Origin: Meiothermus sp.
GTDB taxonomy: Bacteria; Deinococcota; Deinococci; Deinococcales; Thermaceae
Assembly (NCBI GenBank): GCA_033762915.1
Contig: JANRLD010000026.1
Location: forward strand, 62,633-126,632
Length of the DNA: 64,000 bases
Reading direction: 5' to 3'
Shown: piece after piece, positions 29,550 through 40,428 of the stretch
Layout: each line of letters opens with the position of its first letter
Numbering within the stretch: the first letter of the stretch is position 1
Position numbers and translations under genes: made by a program
The notes under the pieces: model-generated
What the model was told of the DNA's origin: nothing
Databases searched by the model: none
Seen by the model: only the letters and a program-made list of their open reading frames with translations

Positions 29550-29709
29550 GGCCCCATTATCTGGGGCGGGGCGGCTCGAGCCTTGCACCGTCCGGCGGAA
29601 CTGGGCGTAAGGCAAGGGGGGCAGGAAGAAACGCTTCCGGGCTGCGCGGTGGCTATTTGCGGCTCGAGAAGCCCGGGGTTGGGCGTACCCTATCAAAAAA
29701 GGGGTGGTT

Positions 29710-31059
29710 ATGACTCGAGCGATTTGGGTGCTGCTAAGCCTCTGGATGGGCCTGGGCCTGGCTCAGGGCTTTTCGGGCACGTTCGTGACCCAGGGACAGA
29801 ACGGACCCATCACCCTCAGCCTGCAACAAACCGGCAATCAGGTGCGCGGGAGCCTCAGAGGTAACGGGGTGCGCTTCACCCTCGAGGGACAGCTCCAGGG
29901 CGATGAGGTGCTGGGGCTGGTGCGCGACGCTCAGGGGGCCATGTACGTGCTGCTCTATTTCGAGGGGCCGAAGCTTCAGATGATACTCGCCGAGATAGAC
30001 CCCAGCAGCCGTGAGCCCGTCCCCGGAACCGAGCAGGAGATCGCCTTTTCCCGCACCTCCGTGGCCCAAACGCCCAGCCCCAATCCTCCTAGTCCCAGCC
30101 CCAGCCCTCCCGCCAACCCTCCCGCCAAGCCCCAGACCAACCCTCTCGCCCCGGCCCAGACCCCAGCTCCCGCGGGTGCCTCGAGTTTTCAGACCGAGCT
30201 GCGCGATGGGGGGCAGTACGCCGCAGGGTCTCGAGTGGGCTCGAGGGCGCATGGGGTGGCCTTTAGCGTTCCGCCGGGGTTTAAGGGGCAGACCAGCGGC
30301 AGCCTCACGGTACTGGGTGATGGGCAGGGGGTGGGGGCCTTGCTGCTCCCGATGTACGGGGCGGAACTGGCGGATGCCGTCTCGATCCTGAGCAGCCCGC
30401 TCCACCTCACCGAAGAAAGCGCCCTCAACCCCCAGGGCCAGCCACAGGTTCAGGGCAACCGGGTGACGGTGCGGTACGCGGGGCGCTTGGGCGACGTGCA
30501 AGCGGTGGCGATCGGGATGGCGGTGGTTCAGCAGGGCAGCGCTCTGGTGATACAGGTCATGACCGATGCGGCCCAGCAGGCCCGGCTCAACCAGGTAGCC
30601 CAGGCCCTGATGGGCTCGGTGGGCTTCTTTGCCCCCACGGGCGTGGCCCAGCGCCAGCAGGTGACCGCCCTTTTCACGGGCAAACAGGTGGGCACGTTCA
30701 GCTACAACCAGACCAGCGGCGCCAGCAGCCAGTCCAGCCTGGATCTGTGCGGCAACGGGGCGTACGCCTATCAGGGCGCGTCGGAGCGCCCCTGGCAGAC
30801 CGCCTACCGCAGCAGCGGAGGCTCGTTTACCTTCAACTCCACCAACGCCCAGGCCATGGGGGTTTTCCCTGGCTCTTACGCCTCCAATCAGCACCAAGGC
30901 CGCTGGCGCATCGTGTTGCTGGGCCGCGATTGGCTGCTGGTGCTCAGGGCCCAGGACGGTCAGCTGTATACCCGCACCCTGTCCAACCTCGAGCGCCGCT
31001 TTCCTTTCTTGGACGATAAAGAGGTGGCGAGCTTCGGCCCCAGCCCGCGCTGTCGCTAG
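29710..31059 (+). CDS. Secreted hypothetical protein with Pro-rich linker
   Basis: Signal peptide ending GLAQ; PSPNPPSPSPSPP linker between beta-rich domains. Confidence 0.75.
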   Translation: MTRAIWVLLSLWMGLGLAQGFSGTFVTQGQNGPITLSLQQTGNQVRGSLRGNGVRFTLEGQLQGDEVLGLVRDAQGAMYVLLYFEGPKLQMILAEIDPSSREPVPGTEQEIAFSRTSVAQTPSPNPPSPSPSPPANPPAKPQTNPLAPAQTPAPAGASSFQTELRDGGQYAAGSRVGSRAHGVAFSVPPGFKGQTSGSLTVLGDGQGVGALLLPMYGAELADAVSILSSPLHLTEESALNPQGQPQVQGNRVTVRYAGRLGDVQAVAIGMAVVQQGSALVIQVMTDAAQQARLNQVAQALMGSVGFFAPTGVAQRQQVTALFTGKQVGTFSYNQTSGASSQSSLDLCGNGAYAYQGASERPWQTAYRSSGGSFTFNSTNAQAMGVFPGSYASNQHQGRWRIVLLGRDWLLVLRAQDGQLYTRTLSNLERRFPFLDDKEVASFGPSPRCR

Positions 31060-31829
31060 GGAGTTTGGTCGAAGAAGGCGTTGATGGCCTCTGCCACAGC
31101 CTGGGGGCGGGTCAGGGTGGGGACGTGCCCGGCCCCCTCGAGGATCAGCAGCCTCGAGTTGGGCAGGTGCTGGTGCAAAAAGTGGGCGTCCTCGAGGGGC
31201 GCGATCACATCCTTGTCGCCGTGAATCACCAGGGTGGGTTGCCCGACCTTGTGCACCTCGCCGCGCAAGTCCACCTCGGCCATCATCTCGTAGAGCGCGA
31301 TCGCGTTCTCGGGGCTGGCCCGGTCCAGGATTTGCCGCCCCCAGCGCTTGATGTAGGCGCTGTCCGGCTCCGGCACGCAGGCCTCCACGAAGGCCGCCAG
31401 GGTTTGGGGGTAGGCGTGCTTCAGCCCTTTCAGGAAGGGGCTGTCACGGCGGGCAGAGTTGCTTGAGTAGGCCCCGTCCACCAGCACCAGCCCGCTGACG
31501 CGCTCGGGGCGGCGCAGGGCCGCGCCCAGCGCTACCGAGGCCCCCGCCGACTCGCCCGCCAGCACGCAACGCTCGAGGCCGTAGGCGTCCATCACCGCGA
31601 ACACGTCGTCCACCAGCGCCTCGAAACGGATGGCTTCCGGCGCACAGACCGTGGCCCCTGAGCCCCGGTGGTCAAAGCCCACCGCAAACCAGCTCCGGCT
31701 CAGCGGCTCGAAGGGCGGCAGCCAGAGTTCCCAACTCCCGATCCAGCCCCCGATGCCCAAGAGGGCCGGGGCCGAAGGGTTGCCAAAAGCCGTGGAAAAG
31801 AGCTGAGCCTGGTCAGTCTGGATAAACAC
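31056..31829 (-). CDS. Alpha/beta-fold hydrolase
   Basis: DHRGSG, GESAG nucleophile elbow, HGDKD, GAGH. GGAGG RBS before GTG 31829. Confidence 0.9.
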   Translation of the reverse strand: MFIQTDQAQLFSTAFGNPSAPALLGIGGWIGSWELWLPPFEPLSRSWFAVGFDHRGSGATVCAPEAIRFEALVDDVFAVMDAYGLERCVLAGESAGASVALGAALRRPERVSGLVLVDGAYSSNSARRDSPFLKGLKHAYPQTLAAFVEACVPEPDSAYIKRWGRQILDRASPENAIALYEMMAEVDLRGEVHKVGQPTLVIHGDKDVIAPLEDAHFLHQHLPNSRLLILEGAGHVPTLTRPQAVAEAINAFFDQTP

Positions 31830-32021
31830 AGCGCCACCTCCGTCGCGCCTAACTACCCCCCGTGTGCGGGTCTTAAGCTGCATAGCCGAGTTGCGAGACT
31901 TACTCGGGCGTAGCGTCGGTCTGTAGGGTATTTGGTGCCCAGTAACGTCAGGGTAACGTCTGAGCGCCGCTGTTCCCCGCTCCCTGTTCGCTGTCCTCGG
32001 TTCCCGTATGATGGGCAACCG

Positions 32022-32822
32022 ATGTCGGAAGAACTGCTCAACAATGTGCGGGTGATCCTGGTCGGCACCCAGGAGCCGATGAACGTGGGTGCCGCGGCCA
32101 GGGCCATGCAGAATTTCGGGCTCTCAGACTTGTGGCTGGTGAACCCCGAGCCGCAGGTGCGCGAAGACTTGGCCTACGGCGACGCTACCGACTCGTTCGC
32201 CTACCGGCTGGCGGTGCACTCCACCGAGATTTTGGACCGGGCCAAGGTGGTCGAAACCCTTCCCGAGGCGGTCGCGGACGTGCGGCTGGTGGTCGGCACT
32301 ACCGTGCGCGAGCGCTACTTGTACACCGGCCCAGTGGTCACCGCCCGCCCGATGGCCGCTTCGATCGCCCAGTTCGCGCCGCAGGGCAAGGCCGCCATCG
32401 TATTCGGGCGCGAGGCCTCGGGCCTCACCACCGACGAGCTGGACCTGTCCCAGCTCGTGGTGCGCATCCCTACCTCGCCCAAGCAGTCCAGCCTGAACCT
32501 GGCCCAGGCGGTGCTGCTGCTGGGCTACGAGGTCTTTAATGCCATCCTCAACCCGCCTGAGCCGCTCAAGGCCCAGGTCGCCGAGCGGGATTCGCTCGAG
32601 CGTCTCTTCAAAGACCTCGAGGAGTTTACGCTCGAGATCGGCTTCACCGACGCCAGGCGCCTCCAGTACACAGTGCGCCGCTTCCGCCGCCTGCTTCACA
32701 AGGCCGACCTAACCCCCGGCGAGGTGCAGTTCCTGCGGGGCTTTCTGCACCAGAGCCGGTGGTACGGGCGGCGGGGAAGGGGAGAGGGCGGCACGAGCGG
32801 GGGAGGGGACAAGGGCGCGTAG
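32022..32822 (+). CDS. trmJ: SPOUT RNA methyltransferase, TrmJ/LasT family
   Basis: NVGAAARAMQNFG, VFGREASGL, SLNLAQAV. Confidence 0.88.
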   Translation: MSEELLNNVRVILVGTQEPMNVGAAARAMQNFGLSDLWLVNPEPQVREDLAYGDATDSFAYRLAVHSTEILDRAKVVETLPEAVADVRLVVGTTVRERYLYTGPVVTARPMAASIAQFAPQGKAAIVFGREASGLTTDELDLSQLVVRIPTSPKQSSLNLAQAVLLLGYEVFNAILNPPEPLKAQVAERDSLERLFKDLEEFTLEIGFTDARRLQYTVRRFRRLLHKADLTPGEVQFLRGFLHQSRWYGRRGRGEGGTSGGGDKGA

Positions 32823-32916
32823 GGACGGCGGGAATGGGCCGGGGTTGAGAGGGGCGCTGTGGTTTTGGCGGGCGCTGTGAAATCCGAACAGCGTTCGTAT
32901 GCCGGACTGGGGGCGT

Positions 32917-33234
32917 CTCGAGGCCAGCGGGGGCACCCTCAACCAGGGAGCAGGGGTCCTGCTGGGCGTGGCCTACCAGCTGCGCGACTCGAGCGGCAAC
33001 CCGCCTGCCACCTCTTTCCAGCTGAGCCTTCCGGCTTGCCGGACTGGAACTGCGGGCAACCCCAGGTCCTTAACTCTGCCAAAGCCTCCAGCGTAGAGAC
33101 GTTGTTTCTCAACTCTGTTGCCCCGTTGAGCGTCAGCAACCCCAACCTTACCTTGGTGAGGGCATCTTGGGGGCTGGTGATCGGTGCGCCTATGCGACCC
33201 GGCTGGTGGCTTCGGTCGATGGGGCCGTGGCCGC
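32917..33234 (+). pseudogene. Decayed partial copy of the S8 peptidase gene (matches 61555..61982 in inverted orientation)
   Basis: Manual alignment shows the same codons LEASGGTLN...GAVAA with substitutions, in-frame deletions of 6 and 99 bp, and frameshifting deletions of 1 and about 4 bp. Confidence 0.92.
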
Positions 33235-33286
33235 TAGGGAGGATGGTCTAGGAGCACTTGGCCAGCAGCGGGCGGTCAGGGTCATG

Positions 33287-33315
33287 TTGACAAACTTTGG
33301 AGCTTGGCTTACTCT
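33287..33315 (+). promoter_or_regulatory. Sigma70-type promoter of the arabinose cluster
   Basis: TTGACA (33287-33292), 17-bp spacer, TACTCT (33310-33315). Confidence 0.8.
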
Positions 33316-33328
33316 GTGAACGATCACA
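33315..33328. promoter_or_regulatory. LacI-type operator 1 (TGTGAACGATCACA)
   Basis: Near-perfect palindrome with central CG, overlapping the predicted +1. Confidence 0.8.
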
Positions 33329-33356
33329 AAGACAGAGAGAGAGAACCGCAACGTAG

Positions 33357-33370
33357 TGTGATCGTTCACA
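33357..33370. promoter_or_regulatory. LacI-type operator 2 (TGTGATCGTTCACA)
   Basis: Exact reverse complement of operator 1, offset by 42 bp. Confidence 0.8.
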
Positions 33371-33548
33371 GGGAAGCGTCGGTAGCCGTGCTCTGCCCCG
33401 CTTACACCCTGGGCTTTGGTGCTCCGGCTCCGGAGGATGTGGCTTTTGGCGGTTAGGCACGGTGGTGCAGGTCGGCCCGAAAACGGGCCGGCATGGTGTT
33501 GGTTTGGCGTTTGGCGGACAAAAGTCTCGACTCACAGGGAGAAAAGGT

Positions 33549-34844
33549 ATGCGTCTTATCCAAATCTTGGCCCTCGGGATGGCCCTCAGTAGCGTGGGGC
33601 TGGCACAGACGAAGGTGGTCTTCTGGGACTTCTTCGGCGGCGGTGACGGCATCCGCATGAAGCAGATCGTTGACGAGTTCAACAAGTCACAAAGCGACAT
33701 CATGGTCGAGCGGACTACCCAGCCCTGGGGTGCTCCGTTCTATACCAAGATCCATACTGCGGTGGTGGCGGGCGAGACCCCCGACATCATGACCTACCAC
33801 CTCTCAGCGATGCCCCGCGGCCTGGCCAACAAAGACATTCGCCCCTTCACCGAGGCCGAGTTGGCTTCGGTGGGTCTGAAAGAATCGGACTTCCAGCAGA
33901 ACCTGGTCAAGTCGCTCAAGGCCATCGCCAAGGAGCAGACCGGCAGAGAGGCCCTCTACGCTATACCGCTGGATACCCACACCTCGGTGCTGTACTACAA
34001 CAGGGATATCCTGAAAAAGGCCGGGGTCCTGGGTGCCGACGGCAAGCCCACCGGCATGAACGGCCTGGCCAACTTCACCAAGACCCTCCAGACCATCAAG
34101 GATAAGACCGGCTCGCTTCCCCTGAGCTTTTCCTCGGGCGGCGGGGACACGGCCACCCCCTGGCGCCTGTTCTCCACCCTGCTGATGCAGCAAGGCGGCA
34201 GCCTGGTTAAGGGCGGAAAGCTCGACCTGAGCGACGTGGACACCAAGGGCAAGAACGCTCTGCAGGCCATGGTGGACTGGAGCAGCAAGGGGCTGATGGT
34301 TAAGAACACCAACTACCCCGGCTCGGTAGCCCTCTTCACCAGCGGGCGCGCGGCATTCATGTTCAACGGCAACTGGGAAGTCCCCACCATGGTGGACCTC
34401 AGGAAAGCTGGCAAGCTCTTCGACTACGGAGTGATGCCCTTCCCCAAGCTCTTCACCGGTGGGAATACCTGGGCTGACTCCCACACCCTGGCCATCCCCA
34501 ACAACACCAAGACCCCCATGACCCCCGAGAAGCTGGCGGCGGTGATGAAGTTTGTGGCCTACGTCAACAAGACCGGCGGGTTGGGCTGGGCCGGCGGCGG
34601 ACACATCCCCTCCTACCTGCCCACCCAGAACAGCGGCGACTACAAGACCCTCGACCCCAACGTGCAGTACAGCGCCTCCTCGGCCGCAAACGCGGTCTAC
34701 GAGCCCACGGTCAAATTCTTCGGGGTAGGCGGCCCGGTCTACGACGCGACCGGCAACTCCTTCCTGCCCGCACTGCTGGGTCAGGCCACTGTGGCCCAGG
34801 CCATCAGCAAGTTCAAGACCACCCTGGCCGGGCTCAACAAGTAA
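33549..34844 (+). CDS. Sugar ABC transporter substrate-binding protein (probably arabino-oligosaccharides)
   Basis: Signal peptide, FWDFFGGGDG, LYYNRDIL, NGNWE. First gene of the ara cluster. Confidence 0.9.
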   Translation: MRLIQILALGMALSSVGLAQTKVVFWDFFGGGDGIRMKQIVDEFNKSQSDIMVERTTQPWGAPFYTKIHTAVVAGETPDIMTYHLSAMPRGLANKDIRPFTEAELASVGLKESDFQQNLVKSLKAIAKEQTGREALYAIPLDTHTSVLYYNRDILKKAGVLGADGKPTGMNGLANFTKTLQTIKDKTGSLPLSFSSGGGDTATPWRLFSTLLMQQGGSLVKGGKLDLSDVDTKGKNALQAMVDWSSKGLMVKNTNYPGSVALFTSGRAAFMFNGNWEVPTMVDLRKAGKLFDYGVMPFPKLFTGGNTWADSHTLAIPNNTKTPMTPEKLAAVMKFVAYVNKTGGLGWAGGGHIPSYLPTQNSGDYKTLDPNVQYSASSAANAVYEPTVKFFGVGGPVYDATGNSFLPALLGQATVAQAISKFKTTLAGLNK

Positions 34845-34874
34845 CCGGCCGCACGTAGTCGACATCTCGGCCTG

Positions 34875-34946
34875 AGCCCCCTGGGGATTGCTGATGGTCG
34901 CTGGCTTGAAAGGTCTGGCTATCGGCCATCAGCACCCACCGGGGCT
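34875..34946 (+). other. Long intercistronic stem-loop after the substrate-binding protein gene
   Basis: AGCCCC..TGCTGATGGTCG pairs with CGGCCATCAGCA..GGGGCT. Confidence 0.55.
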
Positions 34947-35072
34947 AACTTCCGGAGACAACGGACCTTGATTTTCGGTCTGACCGCGCCGTGGTGAGTT
35001 CGCGCAATGAGGCACCACACCGACGCCCAGCCGCCTGCCGTTGGTGGTGAGCCGTAGTCATAAGGGAGCATC

Positions 35073-35975
35073 ATGGTGACAGGACCCGGTACTGCCTCAC
35101 CTATCAAACCCCGCTCGAGTCCGCTGTCGGCGGGGCGCTGGTGGGTCGCGCTTTTGATGGTGGCCCCTTTCGTGGTGGTCTACCTCTGGTTCTTGATCTA
35201 CCCCTCGGTACAGGTGCTGTTGATGAGCTTCACCAACTCTGACATCGCGGGGCGGGGCAATTTTGTAGGCTTAGAAAACTATACACGCTTGCTCAAAGAC
35301 CCCCTTTTCTGGAACGCGCTTTGGAACACGCTGTACTTCATCCTGCTCACCGTAGTCCCCAATACCGCGCTGGGCCTGATCATGGCCATGATGGTCATCC
35401 GGCTGAATTGGGCGCGTCGCTGGGTCTTGGCGGCGTTCTTTCTGCCCAACATCCTGCCGGTGAGTGTGGTGACTAACCTCTGGCAGTGGCTGCTGGATCA
35501 GAACTTCGGCATCGTCAACTACCTGTCCAAGCAGTCCATCGGCTGGTTCAGCGACCCGGTCTGGGCCATGCCAGCGGTGGCGGTGGTGACGCTGTGGTGG
35601 ACAGTAGGCTTCAACGTCTTGCTCTTCATGGCCGCACTGCAAGGGGTTCCGGACGAACTATACGAGGCGGCGGCGCTGGACGGGGCCTCGAGTGGCCAGA
35701 TGTTCCGCTACGTGACCTGGCCCCTGGTCTGGCCAGTCACCAGCCTGGTGCTGATCCTCCAACTCATCGCCCAATTCAAGATATTCGATCAGGTCTACCT
35801 GCTCACTAGTGGAGGCCCGTTCGATAAGACCACGGTGATCCTGCTGCTGATGTACCGCTCGGCCTTCCAGCAGCAAGAAGGCGGCTACTCTTCGACCATC
35901 GGGGTGGTGCTGCTAGTGATTATCCTGGTCGCCTCGTTCATACAATCGCGCTATCTGGGGAGGTTCCGATCATGA
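35073..35975 (+). CDS. Carbohydrate ABC transporter permease
   Basis: FVGLENY and EAA motif LYEAAALDGA. Confidence 0.93.
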   Translation: MVTGPGTASPIKPRSSPLSAGRWWVALLMVAPFVVVYLWFLIYPSVQVLLMSFTNSDIAGRGNFVGLENYTRLLKDPLFWNALWNTLYFILLTVVPNTALGLIMAMMVIRLNWARRWVLAAFFLPNILPVSVVTNLWQWLLDQNFGIVNYLSKQSIGWFSDPVWAMPAVAVVTLWWTVGFNVLLFMAALQGVPDELYEAAALDGASSGQMFRYVTWPLVWPVTSLVLILQLIAQFKIFDQVYLLTSGGPFDKTTVILLLMYRSAFQQQEGGYSSTIGVVLLVIILVASFIQSRYLGRFRS

Positions 35976-36805
35976 AAAAATCTCTCTGGGCCGTCTGGCT
36001 GGGTGGGGCGGCAACCCTGCTCACCGTCTTGTTCGGGTTGGTCTGGGTTTTCCCGGTGTACTGGATGGTGGTGACCTCGCTCAAGGCCGACACCGACACC
36101 ATTGTCACCCCTCCTAGTTTCTACCCCAACCCGGTCGACTTCTCGGCCTACACCTACATCGTTCAGAACAGCCCCATCCTGCACTGGTATGTCAACAGCA
36201 TCGTGACCTCGCTGCTGATCACCTTTCTGGTGCTGATCCTGGCCCTTCTGTGCGCCTTCGCCCTGTCGCAGCTTGACTTCCCGGGCAAGGGCTGGCTGTA
36301 CTGGGTCATTCTGGCGGGGTTCATGATTCCCTTCCAGGCTAGCATCGTCCCTTTGTTCCTGCAGATGCAGAAGCTGGGGATGGTCAACACCTACGCTGGG
36401 GTGATTCTGCCGCAACTGGCCGCCCCGCTAGCGGTGGTGATCTACAAGCAGTTCTTCGACCAGGTGCCGCGCGAGCTCGGCGACGCCGCCCGTATCGATG
36501 GGGCCAGCGAGTTCCGGGTGCTCTTCGGGATCTACCTGCCCATCAACTGGAACATCACCTGGGCCCTGGCCATCGTGACCTTCATCGCTGCCTGGAACAA
36601 TTTCTTCTGGCCCTTCATCATCACCAACAACACCAACATGTTCACCATCCCGGTGGGGATCACCCAGGTACAGTCGGCCTACGGGGTGGCCTACGCCAAG
36701 ACCATGGCCACGGCGGTGATGGCCTCCTTCCCTACGGTGATCGCCTACCTGCTCTTCCAGCGCCGGGTCACCGAGGGGGTTATGGCGACGGCGGGGATTA
36801 AGTAG
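35972..36805 (+). CDS. Carbohydrate ABC transporter permease
   Basis: DAARIDGA, AWNNFFWP, FQRR. Confidence 0.93.
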   Translation: MKKSLWAVWLGGAATLLTVLFGLVWVFPVYWMVVTSLKADTDTIVTPPSFYPNPVDFSAYTYIVQNSPILHWYVNSIVTSLLITFLVLILALLCAFALSQLDFPGKGWLYWVILAGFMIPFQASIVPLFLQMQKLGMVNTYAGVILPQLAAPLAVVIYKQFFDQVPRELGDAARIDGASEFRVLFGIYLPINWNITWALAIVTFIAAWNNFFWPFIITNNTNMFTIPVGITQVQSAYGVAYAKTMATAVMASFPTVIAYLLFQRRVTEGVMATAGIK

Positions 36806-36961
36806 GAGGGCGGGGTGATGCCGACCCTCGAGTGCGGCTGGTGGCGGTGGGCCAGTACCTCGGCCCGCCGGGTTCCCGTCTTCCGCGCCCAGGGCCGAGG
36901 CCTGTACGTTGTAAAGCCTTATGATTGCGCTGTTACACTGACTTCAGAACGAGCCCCAGTT

Positions 36962-38065
36962 ATGAGTGAACTCAGTAGAAAAGCCGCAACCATAAACGAC
37001 GTAGCCGAGGCTGCCGGGGTCTCTTACCAGACTGTCTCGAGGGTCATAAACAACCACCCCTCGGTCAAAGAGGACACCCGAAGGCGGGTTAAGGATGCGA
37101 TCCGCCGTCTCAAGTACCAACCCTCGAGCGTGGCCCGCAGCCTGGTCATGCAGCGCTCTAACCTGATCGGTCTGGTCAGCTTCGGGACCCTTCACTTCGG
37201 CCCGGCCCAGATGCTTTCCAGCATAGAGCAGGCCGCGCGGGCCCGAGGCTACCACCTCAGTATCGTCAGCATCCCCTCACTCAACCGCAACGAGCTCGAG
37301 CGGGCCATCAACACCCTGCGCCGCCAGCGGGTGGCTGGCATCCTGGTAGTGGCCCCGCTCCTGGGGGCCGAGACCGACTTCCTGCGGGAACTGGGCACGG
37401 CCGTCCCGACCGTGTTGGTCGACGCTGACTTGGGCGCCGGGCTGCCGTTTAGCACCATCGACCAGTTCGCCGGTGGCCGGCTGGGGGTAGAGCATCTGTT
37501 GGGGCTGGGGCACCGTCGGATTGCTCTGGTCAACGGCCCTCAGGACTGGAACGACGCCCGCCTACGCACCCAGGGCTGGCTGAACGCCCTGCGCGACGCC
37601 GGCCTGCAGCCGGTGGTGCAGGCCCTGGGGGACTGGAGCGCGGCCAGCGGCTACGCCGCGGCCCGCGAGCTGCTGGGCCAGGGCCGGCTCTTCACCGGCC
37701 TGCTGGTGGCCAACGACCAGATGGCCCTAGGGGCGTTGAAGGCCCTGCGCGAGGCGGGCCTCCGGGTTCCCGCTGACGTCTCGGTGGTGGGGTTCGACAA
37801 CACCCCAGAGTCGGAGTACTTCGACCCGCCGCTCACCACCGTCCACCAGGACTTTCCTAGCCTGGGACAGGCCAGCCTGGCCCAGCTGCTCTCGATGATC
37901 GAGGCCCCCGCCACCGCCCCGTCCCTGCAGGTGATCCCCCCGACCCTGATGGTCCGCTCGAGTACCAGCCTGGCTGGGGGGCCAGAGCCCCTTCGGGCCG
38001 CCGCTGGGCCGGTCGCGGGTGGGGTAGGCTCGAGCCGCAGGAGCAAAGGGGGTAAGAAGCGATGA
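36962..38065 (+). CDS. LacI-family transcriptional regulator
   Basis: [46 protein letters not shown]. Confidence 0.95.
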   Translation: MSELSRKAATINDVAEAAGVSYQTVSRVINNHPSVKEDTRRRVKDAIRRLKYQPSSVARSLVMQRSNLIGLVSFGTLHFGPAQMLSSIEQAARARGYHLSIVSIPSLNRNELERAINTLRRQRVAGILVVAPLLGAETDFLRELGTAVPTVLVDADLGAGLPFSTIDQFAGGRLGVEHLLGLGHRRIALVNGPQDWNDARLRTQGWLNALRDAGLQPVVQALGDWSAASGYAAARELLGQGRLFTGLLVANDQMALGALKALREAGLRVPADVSVVGFDNTPESEYFDPPLTTVHQDFPSLGQASLAQLLSMIEAPATAPSLQVIPPTLMVRSSTSLAGGPEPLRAAAGPVAGGVGSSRRSKGGKKR

Positions 38066-39714
38066 GCCAGCGGTACACCGTAGGGGTGGATTTCGGCACC
38101 GAGAGCGGGCGGGCGGTGGTGGTGCGGGTCTCGGACGGCAAGGAGTTGGCCGACGCGGTGAGCCCCTACCCGGACGGGGTGATCGACCAGAGGCTGCCAG
38201 GGGGCCAGGTCCTTCTGGCCGACGAGTGGGCCTTGCAGAACCCCAACGACTATGTCCATGTCCTCAAGACCGCGGTGCCCGAGGCGCTCCGGCGCAGCGG
38301 CGTCGACCCCGCCGAGGTGATCGGCATCGGCATCGACTTCACCGCCTGCACCATGCTGCCCACGCTGGCGGACGGCACCCCGCTGTGCAACCTGCCGGAG
38401 TTCCGCGACAACCCGCACGCCTGGGTCAAGCTCTGGAAGCACCACGCCGCGCAGCCCCACGCCGACCGCATCAACGCGCTGGCCGCCGCGCGCGGCGAGG
38501 CCTGGCTGCCGCGCTACGGCGGCAAGATCTCCTCGGAGTGGTTCTTCGCCAAGACCCTGCAGATTGTGGAGGAGGCCCCCGAGGTCTACGCTGCGGCCGA
38601 GCGGCTGCTCGAGGCCGCCGACTGGGTGATCTGGCGGCTGTGCGGCGTCGAGACCCGCAACACCTGCACGGCCGGCTACAAGGCCATCTACCAGGACGGG
38701 AAGTACCCTGGCCGCGAGTATCTGACGGCGCTAAACCCCGAGCTGGCCGACCTGGTCGAGACCCGCATGAAGACCGACCTGGCCCCGCTGGGTGGAAAGG
38801 CCGGCGAGCTGACGCCCGAGGCCGCTGCCTGGACCGGCCTCAGGCCCGGGATCGCGGTGGCGGTGGCCAACGTGGACGCCCATGTGACTGTGCCCGCCGC
38901 CGGGGTGGTCGAGCCGGGCCGGATGGTGGCAATCATGGGGACCAGCACCTGCCACATGGTGATGAGCGAGCGGCTATCGGTGGTTCCGGGCATGTGCGGC
39001 GTGGTTGATGGTGGGATTATCCCCGGGCTGTACGGCTACGAGGCCGGCCAGAGCGGGGTTGGCGACATCTTCGGGTGGTTCGTGAAGAACGCCGTCCCAG
39101 CAGGATACGCTGCGGGAGAAAATGTGAACGTTCACGAGGTCCTCGAGCGCGAGGCCGCCGCCCAGAAGCCCGGCGAGCACGGCTTGCTGGCGCTGGACTG
39201 GGTCAACGGCAACCGCAGCGTGCTGGTGGATGCCTCCTTGAGCGGGTTGATTTTGGGGCTCACGCTGGGCACCAGGGCGCCGGACATCTACCGCGCCCTG
39301 ATCGAGTCGACCGCCTTCGGGACTCGGGTTATCGTCGAGACTTTCCGCCAGAACGGAGTGCCGGTCGAGGAGTACGTGGCGGCCGGCGGCCTGCCCAAGA
39401 ACCGGATGCTGATGCAGATCTACGCCGACGTGCTGGGCATGCCGCTGAGCGTGATCGACAGCGAGCAGGGCCCCGCCCTGGGCAGCGCCATGCACGCGGC
39501 GGTGGCAGCGGGGGCCTACCCCGACATCCAGGCTGCGGCCTCGAGGATGGGCAAGGTGCGCAAGAACGTCTGGAACCCCGTCCCCGCCAACCAGAAGGTC
39601 TACGACGGGCTCTACGCCGAGTACGTCGCTCTGCACGACTACTTCGGGCGCGGGGCCAACGACGTGATGCGGCGGCTCAAGGCCCTGGCGCGCCGGCAAG
39701 GAGCCCCCGCGTGA
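38062..39714 (+). CDS. araB: L-ribulokinase
   Basis: [36 protein letters not shown]. Confidence 0.95.
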   Translation: MSQRYTVGVDFGTESGRAVVVRVSDGKELADAVSPYPDGVIDQRLPGGQVLLADEWALQNPNDYVHVLKTAVPEALRRSGVDPAEVIGIGIDFTACTMLPTLADGTPLCNLPEFRDNPHAWVKLWKHHAAQPHADRINALAAARGEAWLPRYGGKISSEWFFAKTLQIVEEAPEVYAAAERLLEAADWVIWRLCGVETRNTCTAGYKAIYQDGKYPGREYLTALNPELADLVETRMKTDLAPLGGKAGELTPEAAAWTGLRPGIAVAVANVDAHVTVPAAGVVEPGRMVAIMGTSTCHMVMSERLSVVPGMCGVVDGGIIPGLYGYEAGQSGVGDIFGWFVKNAVPAGYAAGENVNVHEVLEREAAAQKPGEHGLLALDWVNGNRSVLVDASLSGLILGLTLGTRAPDIYRALIESTAFGTRVIVETFRQNGVPVEEYVAAGGLPKNRMLMQIYADVLGMPLSVIDSEQGPALGSAMHAAVAAGAYPDIQAAASRMGKVRKNVWNPVPANQKVYDGLYAEYVALHDYFGRGANDVMRRLKALARRQGAPA

Positions 39715-40355
39715 GCGCCGACCTCCGGCAGGAGCTGGTCCGGCTGCACCTCGAGCTGCCCAGGAGTGGCCTGGTCACCTGGACCAGCGGCAACCTCAGT
39801 GCCCGGACGCCAGAGGGCGGGATGCTGATCAAGCCCAGCGGCCTGCTCTTCGAGGAGCTGACCCCCGAGAGCATGGTGGCCTGCGACCTCGAGGGCCGTC
39901 CGCTGGAGAGCCGCTACAAGCCCTCCTCCGACACCGCCACCCACGCCTACATCTACCGCCAGATGCCCGAGGTGGGGGGCATCGTCCACACCCACAGCCC
40001 CTACGCCACCGCCTGGGCTGCGGTGGGGCGGCCGATCCCCTGCGTGCTCACCGCCATGGCCGACGAGTTCGGCGGTGAGATCCCGCTGGGCAGCTTCGCG
40101 CTCATCGGCGGCGAGGAGATCGGGCGGGAGGTGGTGCGGGTGCTGTCTGGTCACCGCTCCCCGGCCATCATCCTGCAAAACCACGGCGTCTTCGCCCTCG
40201 GCAAGACCCCCAAGGCCGCCCTCAAGGCCGCGGTGATGTGCGAGGACGTGGCCCGTACGGTCTTCCTGGCCCACCAGCTCGGCACCCCCCTCCCCATCGC
40301 GCCCGCCGACGTGGATCGGCTCTACGACCGCTACCAGAACGTGTACGGGCAGTGA
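39711..40355 (+). CDS. araD: L-ribulose-5-phosphate 4-epimerase
   Basis: [32 protein letters not shown] start overlaps the araB stop. Confidence 0.93.
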   Translation: MSADLRQELVRLHLELPRSGLVTWTSGNLSARTPEGGMLIKPSGLLFEELTPESMVACDLEGRPLESRYKPSSDTATHAYIYRQMPEVGGIVHTHSPYATAWAAVGRPIPCVLTAMADEFGGEIPLGSFALIGGEEIGREVVRVLSGHRSPAIILQNHGVFALGKTPKAALKAAVMCEDVARTVFLAHQLGTPLPIAPADVDRLYDRYQNVYGQ

Positions 40356-40428
40356 GCCCGGCGCACCGTGCTTCAGGCCTTCGGGCTGCGGCCTAACCTT
40401 CGCCCCCCCCAAACTCCCCGAAACGAAT

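Noticed and set aside
30071..30170. C-rich repeat-like tract
   Set aside because: It simply encodes the Pro/Ser linker of the secreted protein.
32859..33251. 130-aa and 65-aa ORFs as real genes
   Set aside because: They are frameshifted pieces of the decayed S8 duplicate.
39075..40355. Apparent 426-aa AraD with N-terminal extension
   Set aside because: The extension is an alternate frame of araB; the real start is GTG 39711.
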